Shown one piece after another: positions 21,191 to 31,879 of a DNA stretch of 64,000 nt (position 1 is the stretch's first letter; every line of letters starts with the position of its first letter). This DNA is from Candidatus Heimdallarchaeota archaeon. Its GTDB lineage: Archaea; Asgardarchaeota; Heimdallarchaeia; JABLTI01. The DNA lies in the NCBI GenBank assembly GCA_019058275.1, contig JAHLVW010000053.1, positions 33,361 to 97,360 of the forward strand, written 5' to 3'. A model generated the notes under the pieces. It was not told where the DNA came from. It did no database searches and saw nothing but the letters and a program-made list of their open reading frames with translations. A program made the position numbers and the translations under genes.

Positions 21191-21682
21191 TTATGAAGTT
21201 AATTGTTCATTCTCATAATCCATAGTATACATACGACAAGTTTGTTCTCTTTGCTCTGCACGAATTCTCATTATAAAATCATCTAAATTATCATACCAAG
21301 TCTTTGGTGGTTTTCCCTCTAAATCATCTTGATTTCTTCTTCTGGCTTCAAATCTAGATCTCAAATATTCACCAAAGGTCATTTCATATGGATCTAAATA
21401 AAATCGTTTCACAAAATACTGAAATGCGAGAATTTGGAAGAATGCTATTAAAACACCAAGTAGTATAAAAGGCCATAATTGGAAATACTTGACTAGTGTA
21501 AAATAAATTAGTACTGGAATTGATAACAGTGCAAGAACTAGAACAGGGATAGCTATTATTATGAATCCTATTTCAAAGAAATAGAAATTTTTCTCGTAGA
21601 ATTTTTCTTGAGCAAAGAGCTTCCGAATATTTGTTTTCTTTTTCTTATCTTTTCGGAATCTAGCTGCTCGCATAGAATTCAT
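21191..21682 (-). CDS. Hypothetical two-TM membrane protein
   Basis: Two hydrophobic helices, basic N-terminus. Confidence 0.65.
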   Translation of the reverse strand: MNSMRAARFRKDKKKKTNIRKLFAQEKFYEKNFYFFEIGFIIIAIPVLVLALLSIPVLIYFTLVKYFQLWPFILLGVLIAFFQILAFQYFVKRFYLDPYEMTFGEYLRSRFEARRRNQDDLEGKPPKTWYDNLDDFIMRIRAEQREQTCRMYTMDYENEQLTS

Positions 21683-21863
21683 AACTTTTGCATCCTTCTA
21701 CTTAAACAATTAATAAAATAGTCAATCATCCTTTTTACTTTTATGATTTATACTATAAAATTTTATTCAATTCTGAAATAATATTCTAAGAAAGTGTTTT
21801 TGAAAGAAAAATATATATCAGTAACAGTTTAAGAAATGGTAGTTTAATTTAACTGCTTCAGAA

Positions 21864-22487
21864 ATGGAGAAACAAACATTGGACGAAAATAAAGATTCAT
21901 TACCAATTATTAATTTTAAACTTCATCTTATACTATTCCTTGTAACTATATCTCGTTGGACACCTTTCTACAACTTGCTATGTTTTTTGGGTTTAAACAA
22001 AATCGCTAACAAGTTTGTACCAGAAGGAGTGATTTCACCAAAGAATTCTGCAATAGGAAACTTCCTAATTGCTGCAACAATAATTGGAGCACCATTTGCT
22101 TTTTATCGTCGTTTCCAATTACTCAAAAACTATATTGAAACCGTAAATTCTCATTTGGATCCATTACCTAAAATAAAAGATGAGAATGGTAAAGAAGTAG
22201 AACAAGAAAGACCAACTTGTTTGGAACCAAAGAAGTTTGTAGGTTTTGCAATAACAACTTTCTTGCTAATAGGTACACTTATTGCTTCTTTAACAATAGT
22301 AATCTATTACTTGGTGCAAAATTCATTACCAGATACTATTTGGGGAAATGGAGTATACATGATCTTTGTACCAATAGGTATAGCTGCTCTCTTTACAGGA
22401 TTTGCTTTTAGTGTTAGAATAACAAAAGAAGAACAAAAATGGGTTAAAGCATATAATTCATTAGTTTCTGAAATTTCAAAGAATTAA
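21864..22487 (+). CDS. Hypothetical membrane protein
   Basis: About 4 hydrophobic segments; fills the space between neighbours. Confidence 0.65.
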   Translation: MEKQTLDENKDSLPIINFKLHLILFLVTISRWTPFYNLLCFLGLNKIANKFVPEGVISPKNSAIGNFLIAATIIGAPFAFYRRFQLLKNYIETVNSHLDPLPKIKDENGKEVEQERPTCLEPKKFVGFAITTFLLIGTLIASLTIVIYYLVQNSLPDTIWGNGVYMIFVPIGIAALFTGFAFSVRITKEEQKWVKAYNSLVSEISKN

Positions 22488-22553
22488 TAAAATTACAAAT
22501 GTCTTTAATTGAAATTCAATTAAAGACCCGATATAATTTTCTTTTATCTACTA

Positions 22554-23647
22554 TTAATCAAGCTGATTACATTTTAGCATTTGTTTTCCAAATACATCAG
22601 GGTGAAAGACACTTTCTACAATCAATACATTCTGATGAGGATTGTCCTCGCTTCAACCTATTTGGAAAATCCTGCTCAATTATAAGTGGTTTGCTCATAG
22701 AGATGAGATCTGCTAGATTATTCGAAAGAATTGCTTCCATTGCAGTTTTATTTCTTATTCCATCAACTAAAGCAAGTGGAACTGATGGAATACCCTTTCT
22801 AATCTTCTCAGCATGGCCTGCAAAATTCGCTTCATAGTAAGGAGAATTCTCATCAGGTTTTGCTCTAACCTTCCGAATAGATCTATCTTGTTTAGGACCA
22901 CCTCCAGAAATCTCAATTAGATCTATGCCTTTCTCATCCAACCAAATAGCGATTTGTACAGATTCACTAATTGTGATCCCTCCATGAGAAGCAAAGTCAT
23001 CACAATTCATTTTTATAGCTATTATTGGTCCATTCCCAATTCGTTTCTTTATTGCTTTAAATACATCAAACAATAACCTTGCTCGATTTTCTATTGTACC
23101 ACCATAATCATCTGTTCTTTTGTTTACATTATCTGAAAGGAATTGACTCAATAGATAACCATGAGCACCATGTATTTGCACTCCATCAAAATCCGCTTGT
23201 ATAGCCAATTCAGCTGCATTTGCAAAACTATCTATAACCAGTTCAATATCATCAATTGTTGCTTCCCTGGCTTGCAAATTGTCTATTTCATATGTTGATG
23301 CAGTCATTCGATTAGCTTTACTATTATAACCTGCATGATTGATTTGAGCTATGATGGGAACTTCATGAGAATGAACAATTTTTGTTAATTCTTTCATTTT
23401 TGGGATGTGGTTTTCATTCGTTAAACCAGATTGACCTGTGTGCGCTTTACCACTTTCGATAACATAAGAATGCCCCTTTAATAAAACCTAATCCACCTGC
23501 TACTAATTTCTCATAATAATCTAGTATAGGTTGTCGTAAAACACCAGCCTCATCAGACCAGTAAGAAGTAGTTGCAGATCTGATTAAACGATTTTTTAAT
23601 TCAAAATTTTTTAAATTAAATGGAGTGAATATTTTTGACAAAGGCAA
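22554..23647 (-). pseudogene. NADH:flavin oxidoreductase (Old Yellow Enzyme family), two frameshifts
   Basis: LKNRLIRSAT, QINHAG, IHGAHGYLLSQFLS, RTDDYGG; shifts at a GGGG run near 23475 and a CCC run near 22600, so assembly error is possible. Confidence 0.85.
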
Positions 23648-23748
23648 ACCTCAAAAGAGCTTCTAAACGCTTAATCTTAAAACCTTCGATTAACAAATAA
23701 TGTAATAAGAGATAGAATTAGGCGATTTATGAATAAAGTAAATTCAAT

Positions 23749-24042
23749 TTAAGCACAAATGGGGCAATCTTTGCATTTTTCTTCTCGATTATCCCAGCAT
23801 TTCTGACAGATTAGCAAGTCACATTGTTCACAACGATGGAATTTTCCATCCATGTCTTTTTTTAATTCATCAAAGATTTCATGAAAAGATTTTTCTAATT
23901 TAGCTATTTTTTCTTTTAATTTACGAGAGACTTTGACTTCATTACCACAACAGTCACAGAAGAAATTTAGTGTCATTTCACCGCTTTTTACTTGGTAGTT
24001 AAAACCTGTAGGGAGCTTTAAATCGATTGTTTCTTTGGTCAT
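23749..24042 (-). CDS. Small Cys-rich zinc-finger protein
   Basis: CDCC...CEQC-x3-CQKC-x7-CKDCPIC. Confidence 0.75.
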   Translation of the reverse strand: MTKETIDLKLPTGFNYQVKSGEMTLNFFCDCCGNEVKVSRKLKEKIAKLEKSFHEIFDELKKDMDGKFHRCEQCDLLICQKCWDNREEKCKDCPICA

Positions 24043-24221
24043 GATTTGTTCAACTTTTTGCTATCATTCATTTTATCTTGTTATTAATTTCAATGTACCA
24101 TGTAAGTGGTTTTTTTAAAACATAATGCTTTAGTTTCTAAAATCCTAAGACTAAATACATTATCAAATTTTTATTACTTGATAAACGGAATTGCCAAAAA
24201 TCTTTTGATTTAGCATTTTAA

Positions 24222-24662
24222 GTGGTAATTGAAATGTCTGAGAAAATCCTTGATTTAATATGGTCAATGGATATCGAAAAAATGAATGACCACCTTCCTA
24301 CTGAGAAGAAATCATTGAAATCACTACTTGCAGACGAGAAGCTTTTGATTAAAACTAAATCGAAAAGATTACACAAAATTAAGAGAAAAGACCTCGAGAT
24401 AATTAGCAAATTAATTCCTGAAGAAGAATGGGAGAATCTCAAACTACCAATTATTATTTTGAGAAGAACTAGTTTAGATAAAGGAATTTACTCTATATCA
24501 GGTGGTTTAAGAGAATTATATATTGTTCACCGGATAATAGGTAAAACAAAAGACGAATTTAGTAAATTTATTTTGGAGGAACATAAACCCTATATTTGGA
24601 AACCTGAAGCATTTACTGCAGTCCGGAAAATCGGTTCCTGTGTTATAATAGGATTTACCTAA
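24222..24662 (+). CDS. DUF61 (UPF0216) family archaeal protein
   Basis: MNDHLPTEKKSLKSLL...LKLPIII. Confidence 0.75.
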   Translation: MVIEMSEKILDLIWSMDIEKMNDHLPTEKKSLKSLLADEKLLIKTKSKRLHKIKRKDLEIISKLIPEEEWENLKLPIIILRRTSLDKGIYSISGGLRELYIVHRIIGKTKDEFSKFILEEHKPYIWKPEAFTAVRKIGSCVIIGFT

Positions 24663-24692
24663 ATGAATAGAGGAATTTTGGAAGAATAAGAG

Positions 24693-26027
24693 ATGGATGA
24701 AACAATCATAAATGAAACAATAACATTACTTCAAGAACTTATAAGAAATGAATGTGTTAACCCTCCTGGTAATGAACTTAGAAGTATTAAAACTATAGAG
24801 GAATTTCTAAAGAAGAAAGGTGTTAAATGTGAGGTTTATGAATCAGCACCAAATAGAGGAAATCTAATAGCAAAAATAAAAGGAACAAAGAAAAGTCCTT
24901 CCTTAATGTTCGGACCATCTCATGTTGATGTAGTTCCTGTTGAAAAACCCGATGAATGGATAGTTTCGCCTTTTTCAGGTGAAATAAAGGATGGTTATAT
25001 ATGGGGCAGGGGAGCATTCGATATGCTATTTATTGTAGCAGCTCAATGTCAAGCATTTGCTATGCTTCATAATGAGAAATTCAAACCAAAAGGAGATCTA
25101 GTATTAGCTATTGTTGCTGATGAAGAAGCAGGTGGTAATTTTGGATGTAAATGGATGATTGATAACCATCCTGAAGAAATGAAAATAGAAAATGCTGTTT
25201 CTGAATTTGGTGGATTTGAAATATCTGAAAATAAACTCATTTTACCTTATTGAGAAAAAGGAGTTGTTGGAATTCATTTGACTTTCAAAGGTGAAAGTGG
25301 TCATGCTTCAATGCCTTTTGGTAAAGATAATTCTATTGAAAAAATGTCTGAAGCAATAATTCGAATTAACAAATACAAGATGCCATATACTATTAAATTC
25401 CTAAAGCACCTAGCTAAAGGTTTAGGAGTTGGCTTCTTTCAATGAATGTTAATAACAAGGAAAATGTTCTTCCCTCTTGCTTTGAAAATCTTGAGTAAAA
25501 CTACACCATCAATGGCAACGCCTTTACACAGTATGAGTAGAACTACATTTGCAACAACTATAGTTAAAGGTGGTCAAAAAATAAATGTTTTACCTTGTTC
25601 TAGTAGAGTAGATATTGACTGTAGATTATTACCTGGACAAGATTTCAATTATGCTGAAAAGCACATAAAAAAAGCACTTGGTAAGAAATTAACCAAAGAA
25701 GTTGAAATTACTCTTCTTAAAGATTCATTAGCTAATATTGGATCCGCAAGTCCATTAAATACAGAGTTTGTCGATGCGATAAAACGTACATTTCAGAAGC
25801 TTATACCAAATAGCTCAGTTGTTCCGGTAATAGCTTATGGTGCAACAGATCTTAGATATATTAGACAAAATGGTGGAAATGGTTATGGTTTCAGTTTAGT
25901 TGAACCAAAAACTCCAGCAGTAGAAATTTCTGAAATGGCACATAATGTAAATGAAAGAGTAAGAATAAAATCTGTTGAATTAACAATAAAAGCAATGTAT
26001 GAACTAGCAAAAGAGTATCTTAGTTAA
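24693..26027 (+). pseudogene. M20 metallopeptidase/deacylase interrupted by two in-frame TGA codons
   Basis: SHVDVVP, WGRGAFDM, ADEEAGG, GHASMP, AHNVNERV all in one frame; TGA at 25251 and 25443. Confidence 0.9.
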
Positions 26028-26031
26028 GGTT

Positions 26032-28452
26032 TCATGGAAATTTCTGACCAGATTTTTCCAGTCTGGTTTTAACCAAGCTAATCAGGAAATCATATAGAAA
26101 TTGAATTTCCTCTTCATCTAATTCTAAAAAGCTAAAAATAATTCTATCAAATGATATTCTATCATGAGATTGGCATTCATCGAAAATGGATTTTATATCA
26201 CGGTTGAGTAGTGGCTTAAAACTCTTCCAAATTTCCTCTTTAAGATTTTCATTCATAAGTTTTAGATCTATCACTAATAATTGCTCATATTCATACTTTG
26301 CATATTGCAATGCTCCCTTCCCTAATGAAATCCGTCCAAATAATTCTAGCATTAAGTAGACTATTGTGCTGTTGAGCAATGCAATTATGAGCTCTTTATA
26401 TGCGCGATAATCGTCATTTAAGATCACACCATAAAATGTTTGATCTACGACAATTAATTCATTTGCATAAGTGAAAAAGTATCTTCTATCAAAAAATCTA
26501 TTGCAGAAAATATCTGCTGATTGAACCTTTCTAACAGAATACCAATATGGTTTATTGTTTTGAACAGAGGGAACTTTAAACCAAGGAATGCCAACAAATG
26601 ATTGTTGTTTGGGACTCGTTTCTTGTTTTTCTCCCCAATGAATGTATCTTAAAGCATTAGATTTTTTATTCTTTTGTAATTCGTTTTTAGATTCTGAGCA
26701 GAGAAATAATTTCTTCTCCAATTTCTTAGGAGCAATAAATATTCTATTAATTTTCTTTGGGCTTTTTAGTACAGGTATCAAAAATTCCTCTTCAATCTTG
26801 AAATGATCTAATTTTTCTTTATCAAGATAAAAGAATTCATTTATGCCAGTCTTTACAGAATATCGTACCTTTCCAAGTTTTGCTAATGGAACTAATTTAT
26901 CTTCAATTTTTTTGATTATTTTAAGGATTTTAGGTGTGACTTTGAAGAACTTTGCACTCCATTTATCTCGCAAAACACTTCTTTCTTGTTTATAATCAGT
27001 AATAAGCTGATTTTGTTTGATTGTTCTTACAATAACATGATCATTTTCAAAATCAGACTTGGATATATGTATTTTCTGAAGACTATTATCAGACAATTGA
27101 AAAGTGAAAGGATGTTTTAGTGTAACGAATCGTACTACTGATGTAGCAATTGCTTTGACATCTAATGGTTTAACAATTATAGTAACTGCTACATTAACAC
27201 TTGCTGAGAATAGTTTTCTTGTTAGGTTTATGATGACCGTTTCTAACAGGAAGTGTTTTGTAAGAATCTCCTTAAAACCTTCACCAAATTTCACATCTAG
27301 CCATGAATTGGATGATATAAAACATAAAACTCCTCCCTTCTTCAACAGGCTAATTCCTTTATAGAAGAAATAAATGTAGAAATCACTTTTCAAGCTCTTT
27401 GGCAAAGATACTTTCTGATCAAAAGACTTCTCCAGATTTTTCATAATATCTGTTTTAAAATTAAATGTTGAATCAATTTGCCCATTTTGTTTTACAAATT
27501 GTTCTTGTCTAATAAATGGAGGATTTCCTATAATAATTTCAAATGTTTTAGGAAAATTAGCTATAGTTTCTAAGGAGTTTAATATTGCATTTCTACTATA
27601 GAGATTAAATTGATTGCACTCAGAGAAGTATTTACTTTCTTTTAATGTAAAATATGTTTTAATAAAATTTAATCTCAATTTACATATTGATAAAGCCTCA
27701 GAATTTATGTCCAAACCATAAAGATTTTCGGAAATTATCCTTTCTATCAGCTCTTCATCTTGAATTTGATTGACCAAAAGATGATTCAACATTGAATTTA
27801 TATCTCTTAAAAGCAAAAACATCCCAATGATAAACGCACCAGAACCACAAGCAGGATCAAGAATATTAATCTCATTCAAACAATTTCTTATGGAATTCAA
27901 TTCAGTAATTGTTATATCAAGTTTACTATTACCATCACCTCTAATGAAATCAATTATCTTTTCAGGTAAAATTGGTGTATTTTTAATTAAATAGTGAATT
28001 AATGCTTCTTTGCACATGAAATTCACTTCATCAGGAGATGTGAAAAAAATGCCACCCTTCTGTTTAGCAGAGCTTTTTAATGAGTTTTCAAATAATAAGG
28101 AAAAGATAAATGGAGAGATATTCTTTTGCAAGTTTTCTTCAAAGTAAGTAAAAGAATATTTTGATATCAGCTTTTCTAAAATATAATTATAGAAATTTTT
28201 TTTCAGATAGTGAAATGAATCTTTATTCTTGTTTTCAGATTGTAGAAAGTCAATATCATTACTTGTATCAAATAAAGAGATAAACGATTTGTAAAGAATT
28301 TCTTTGACTAGAGCATACATATTTTCCTGATGTGTTGACAATGAAATGTTCTGTGATTCAGGAATTTGATTAAAAACTTCATTAGAAATCACATTATAAT
28401 CTCTTAAAAAATTTGTAAAAATGTTAATTTCATGGCTTATGATTCCACTCAT
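26032..28452 (-). CDS. N6-adenine DNA methyltransferase (Eco57I/TaqI-like with specificity domain)
   Basis: GIFFTS, ILDPACGSGAF, IIGNPPFIRQE, FISSNSWLD. Confidence 0.88.
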   Translation of the reverse strand: MSGIISHEINIFTNFLRDYNVISNEVFNQIPESQNISLSTHQENMYALVKEILYKSFISLFDTSNDIDFLQSENKNKDSFHYLKKNFYNYILEKLISKYSFTYFEENLQKNISPFIFSLLFENSLKSSAKQKGGIFFTSPDEVNFMCKEALIHYLIKNTPILPEKIIDFIRGDGNSKLDITITELNSIRNCLNEINILDPACGSGAFIIGMFLLLRDINSMLNHLLVNQIQDEELIERIISENLYGLDINSEALSICKLRLNFIKTYFTLKESKYFSECNQFNLYSRNAILNSLETIANFPKTFEIIIGNPPFIRQEQFVKQNGQIDSTFNFKTDIMKNLEKSFDQKVSLPKSLKSDFYIYFFYKGISLLKKGGVLCFISSNSWLDVKFGEGFKEILTKHFLLETVIINLTRKLFSASVNVAVTIIVKPLDVKAIATSVVRFVTLKHPFTFQLSDNSLQKIHISKSDFENDHVIVRTIKQNQLITDYKQERSVLRDKWSAKFFKVTPKILKIIKKIEDKLVPLAKLGKVRYSVKTGINEFFYLDKEKLDHFKIEEEFLIPVLKSPKKINRIFIAPKKLEKKLFLCSESKNELQKNKKSNALRYIHWGEKQETSPKQQSFVGIPWFKVPSVQNNKPYWYSVRKVQSADIFCNRFFDRRYFFTYANELIVVDQTFYGVILNDDYRAYKELIIALLNSTIVYLMLELFGRISLGKGALQYAKYEYEQLLVIDLKLMNENLKEEIWKSFKPLLNRDIKSIFDECQSHDRISFDRIIFSFLELDEEEIQFLYDFLISLVKTRLEKSGQKFP

Positions 28453-28606
28453 CTCAATTACACAATGAAAGTAAAATTTCTTTATTTTTATTATTTCTGT
28501 AGATGATTTACTTTTATTTGAAAATCAACAATTTTGTAAAGCTTTTTTAATTTAATTGACTGAATAATAATTAGAATTTAATATTGAGGATTATATTCTA
28601 GGAGCA

Positions 28607-29383
28607 TTGCTGAGAAGGATGAAATGGAGAACTAGCTATAAAAAGTATAAAAGATATTCCGTTAACTATCTAATTTTCATCATAATAGGATTAGTGCACT
28701 TTACTAATGTCAATCCAATAAATACTAGTAATAAAGTCGTCTTAAATGCAATAATTAAAAATGAGAATCAGAGTACTATTTTAATTAAAAATGATGGTAA
28801 TAGTACCGTAGATGCCGGAAATAATATTACGAATGCCATGTCTATAAACTTTGGAACCTATATTTGTACTATGCCTGATGGAGATTCTAATGATTTCTAT
28901 AGGATAGATATTCCAATAGAAGCTCAAATAACAATTGAAATAGCAGGTGAAAGTGATACAAATTTCGATCTATTTTTATACAATCCATTTCAAACAATAA
29001 TAGCTAATAGCTTAAATGATTATTCAATTGAGTATTTATCTATGTATATAACTGATCCAGGAACATATTATATCCAAATTCTAAAAATAAGTGGTTCTGG
29101 CATTTATTATTTAGCTACTAGTTCAGATATACCAGAAACATATACTGAACCTACTACTACTGAAAATCCAGATAATACACTAGTAAATTGGTTAGTTCCA
29201 ACAACACTAGTTACTGTTCTATTAATTGGAATTTTAGTTGGTATTATACAGGTGAGTAAAAGAGCAAAGGAAAAGAAGAAGGTAAAAATAGTTTATACAA
29301 AATCAGAGAAGACTAAATTTAAAGAAGAGCTTCAAGAGAATGACCTACAAGGATATTCATTTGGATATGAAAAAGAGAGTTAG
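28607..29383 (+). CDS. Membrane protein with extracellular PPC-like beta-sandwich, Thr linker, TM and cytoplasmic tail
   Basis: DAGN..A, DFYRI, TNFDLFLYNP, GTYYI, EPTTTE, TM helix, tail GYSFG. Confidence 0.75.
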   Translation: MLRRMKWRTSYKKYKRYSVNYLIFIIIGLVHFTNVNPINTSNKVVLNAIIKNENQSTILIKNDGNSTVDAGNNITNAMSINFGTYICTMPDGDSNDFYRIDIPIEAQITIEIAGESDTNFDLFLYNPFQTIIANSLNDYSIEYLSMYITDPGTYYIQILKISGSGIYYLATSSDIPETYTEPTTTENPDNTLVNWLVPTTLVTVLLIGILVGIIQVSKRAKEKKKVKIVYTKSEKTKFKEELQENDLQGYSFGYEKES

Positions 29384-29394
29384 ATAGTGGTATT

Positions 29395-30177
29395 TTGTTA
29401 GAGTCTAGATTGATTCATACAAGAAAAGAACTATTCCTTTTTGTATTTTTGATACTTTTCTCTATAATTACTCTACATCATAATTTAAATTCTAATACTC
29501 AATTTAATGATGCAAAATATGAAAATAATGTTATGCCAATTTATGTTAATCCAGAAGATGGAACAGGCGGAGATGCAGGGGACAGTTTTCAAGATGCTAT
29601 GCTAGTAAATGAAGGGACGATTCTAGGATCATTTGAAAGCGGGGATGAAGATGACTATTATACATTTACAGCATTTAATGGTGATGCAGTAAAAATTAAT
29701 CTAACTGCTGATTCATTGACTGATTTTGATTTGATGTTATATGAACCAAGTACAGATCAAAGAAGTTCAAGCATGAGACCAGATTCAATTGAATTTATTA
29801 TATCTAATATAGACAAAACAGGTGACTGGTATGTTCGTGTAAGAAGATATTCAGGTTATGGAAATTATACATTAACATTGGATTTATTTGATACTTTTGC
29901 AACTCCCCAAACAACCACTTCAGAATTGTCAAACGGCTTAACAAAATTTATTTGGATTATAGCAACCATAATTCCACTAATTTTTATAGGTGCGATAATA
30001 GTTTTCATGAGACGTAAAAAGCAAGAAGAAAGAGAAACCACACCTATTTCATATACTCAAGATGAACCTGAAATTGATGATATAACAATACTTGAAGAAC
30101 CAGAGATTAAATCAGATGATACAAAAGAAGATATTTATCGTGGATATTCTTTTGGATTAGATGAGGAAGAAATCTGA
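29395..30177 (+). CDS. Paralogous PPC-like membrane protein
   Basis: DAGDSFQDA, DDYYTF, TDFDLMLYEP, GDWYVRV, PQTTTS, TM helix, tail GYSFG. Confidence 0.75.
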   Translation: MLESRLIHTRKELFLFVFLILFSIITLHHNLNSNTQFNDAKYENNVMPIYVNPEDGTGGDAGDSFQDAMLVNEGTILGSFESGDEDDYYTFTAFNGDAVKINLTADSLTDFDLMLYEPSTDQRSSSMRPDSIEFIISNIDKTGDWYVRVRRYSGYGNYTLTLDLFDTFATPQTTTSELSNGLTKFIWIIATIIPLIFIGAIIVFMRRKKQEERETTPISYTQDEPEIDDITILEEPEIKSDDTKEDIYRGYSFGLDEEEI

Positions 30178-30235
30178 AGGCAAAAAACTGATAAAAACTC
30201 GTTCGTTTATTTACTCATAAGGAGGATTAAGTAAG

Positions 30236-30553
30236 TTGTTTGTTGTATGTGTAACTGTTAATGTGAAAGAAGAATATCTAGATGAATTTATCAAAGCTAC
30301 TTTAGAGAATGCTAAAAATACTCGCGAAGAACCTTTGAATTTTCGATTTGATGTTCTTCAATGTCTAGATGATCTAAATAGATTCTTTCTTTATGAGGTT
30401 TATAAGAATGAAGAAGGGATGTTTGCTCACAAAGAAACTGACCATTACAAAAAATGGCGAGAGATTGTTGCACAAATGATGGTAAAACCTCGAGAGGGAA
30501 TTAAACACAAGAATATTTTCCCAACAACAGAAGAAGCATTTATTGCCAAATAA
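30236..30553 (+). CDS. Antibiotic biosynthesis monooxygenase (LsrG-like)
   Basis: TREEPLNFRFDVLQ, FFLYEVY, AHKETDHYKKWR. Confidence 0.88.
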   Translation: MFVVCVTVNVKEEYLDEFIKATLENAKNTREEPLNFRFDVLQCLDDLNRFFLYEVYKNEEGMFAHKETDHYKKWREIVAQMMVKPREGIKHKNIFPTTEEAFIAK

Positions 30554-30609
30554 ACAAAAATCGGTTGTGATGTAGGCTGTCTGAAGATATTTCTTTTGAA
30601 TTTTTAAAT

Positions 30610-31767
30610 TTGCCATATATTCATTTTGGTAAAGGTACTATTGAAAAAATTGGAAATATTCTTACGACCTATGGGTCAAAAATTCTAATTGTTGCAAGTA
30701 AAAGCGTGTTAAATCAATCATTAGTAGAATCTAAATTGGAACAAATTTCAACTGAACATAAAATTGTCTTTGAAAATATCATCATTCAAGGTGAACCGGA
30801 CGTAGAGCAAATTGACCAAGGTTTAGATAAGGGTAGAAACCACAAATCACAAGCTGTAATTGGATTAGGAGGAGGAAGTGCAATTGATGCTGGAAAAGCT
30901 ATTGCAGGATTGCTAACAAATGGTGGTTCAGCAATAGATTATATGGAAGTAGTTGGTAAGGGAAAGAAAATAACAAAACAATCTCTGCCATATATTGCAG
31001 TACCTACAACTGCTGGAACTGGTAGCGAAGTAACCAAGAATGCAGTTATACTATCAAAAAATGATGGTGTAAAGGCAAGTATTCGAAGTCCGTTATTAGT
31101 TCCAAAAACTGCTATTATTGACCCATTACTAATGGCTAGTGCACCGAAAGATGTGACAGCAAGTTGTGGACTTGATGCATTAACACAATTGATAGAAGCC
31201 TATACATCAATTAAAGCACAACCTTTAACTGATGCTTTAGCAATACAAGGTATTGAGTGTGCTTCAAAATCATTGTTGTTTGCTTTTGAGGATGGGAATG
31301 ATATATCTGCGAGAAAAGATATGGCTTATGCTTCACTTCTAAGTGGTATTTGTTTAGCAAATGCAGGACTTGGTGCTGTGCATGGTTTTGCTTCACCGGT
31401 AGGTGGTATGTTTTCAATTCCTCATGGAGTAATTTGTGCTGCACTTTTGGCTCCGGTAATAGAAGAGAATATTCGAAATATGATAAGCCAAGTTCCATTC
31501 AGCGAAGCACTAACAAAATACAATAGAATTGGTGAAATAGTTAGTAATCTAATTTTTGAGGATATTAGAGAAGGTGCAAGTAGAGTAATTGAATATACGC
31601 AGAATATAACAAAACTGCTTAAAATACCTAAACTATCAAAATATGGGTTAGCTGAAAAGGATTTTGATAAGATTATTGAAATGGCAAAGCTATCATCTAG
31701 CATGAGATATAATCGAGTTGTATTATCAGATGAGTCTTTATATCGAATTCTCAAAAAAACATTATAA
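30610..31767 (+). CDS. Iron-containing alcohol dehydrogenase
   Basis: GLGGGSAIDAGK, PTTAGTGSEVT, GLGAVHG, IPHG. Confidence 0.93.
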   Translation: MPYIHFGKGTIEKIGNILTTYGSKILIVASKSVLNQSLVESKLEQISTEHKIVFENIIIQGEPDVEQIDQGLDKGRNHKSQAVIGLGGGSAIDAGKAIAGLLTNGGSAIDYMEVVGKGKKITKQSLPYIAVPTTAGTGSEVTKNAVILSKNDGVKASIRSPLLVPKTAIIDPLLMASAPKDVTASCGLDALTQLIEAYTSIKAQPLTDALAIQGIECASKSLLFAFEDGNDISARKDMAYASLLSGICLANAGLGAVHGFASPVGGMFSIPHGVICAALLAPVIEENIRNMISQVPFSEALTKYNRIGEIVSNLIFEDIREGASRVIEYTQNITKLLKIPKLSKYGLAEKDFDKIIEMAKLSSSMRYNRVVLSDESLYRILKKTL

Positions 31768-31879
31768 TTTTCCTAAAGAATAGTGCTTATAATCTAGCAT
31801 ACGAAAACTACTTTAATCGACAAAATATAGAAGGTTAGATTTGGCATTAATATAGTTTTTATAAACAGGAGATTCATCA

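Noticed and set aside
22554-23647. Programmed frameshifting in the OYE gene
   Set aside because: Two separate indels in short G/C runs with no stimulatory structure seen; decay or sequencing error is simpler
29350-30177. GYSFG as a canonical LAMP-type GYxxPhi sorting signal
   Set aside because: The Y+3 position is Gly, not a bulky hydrophobic residue; kept only as a novel conserved motif
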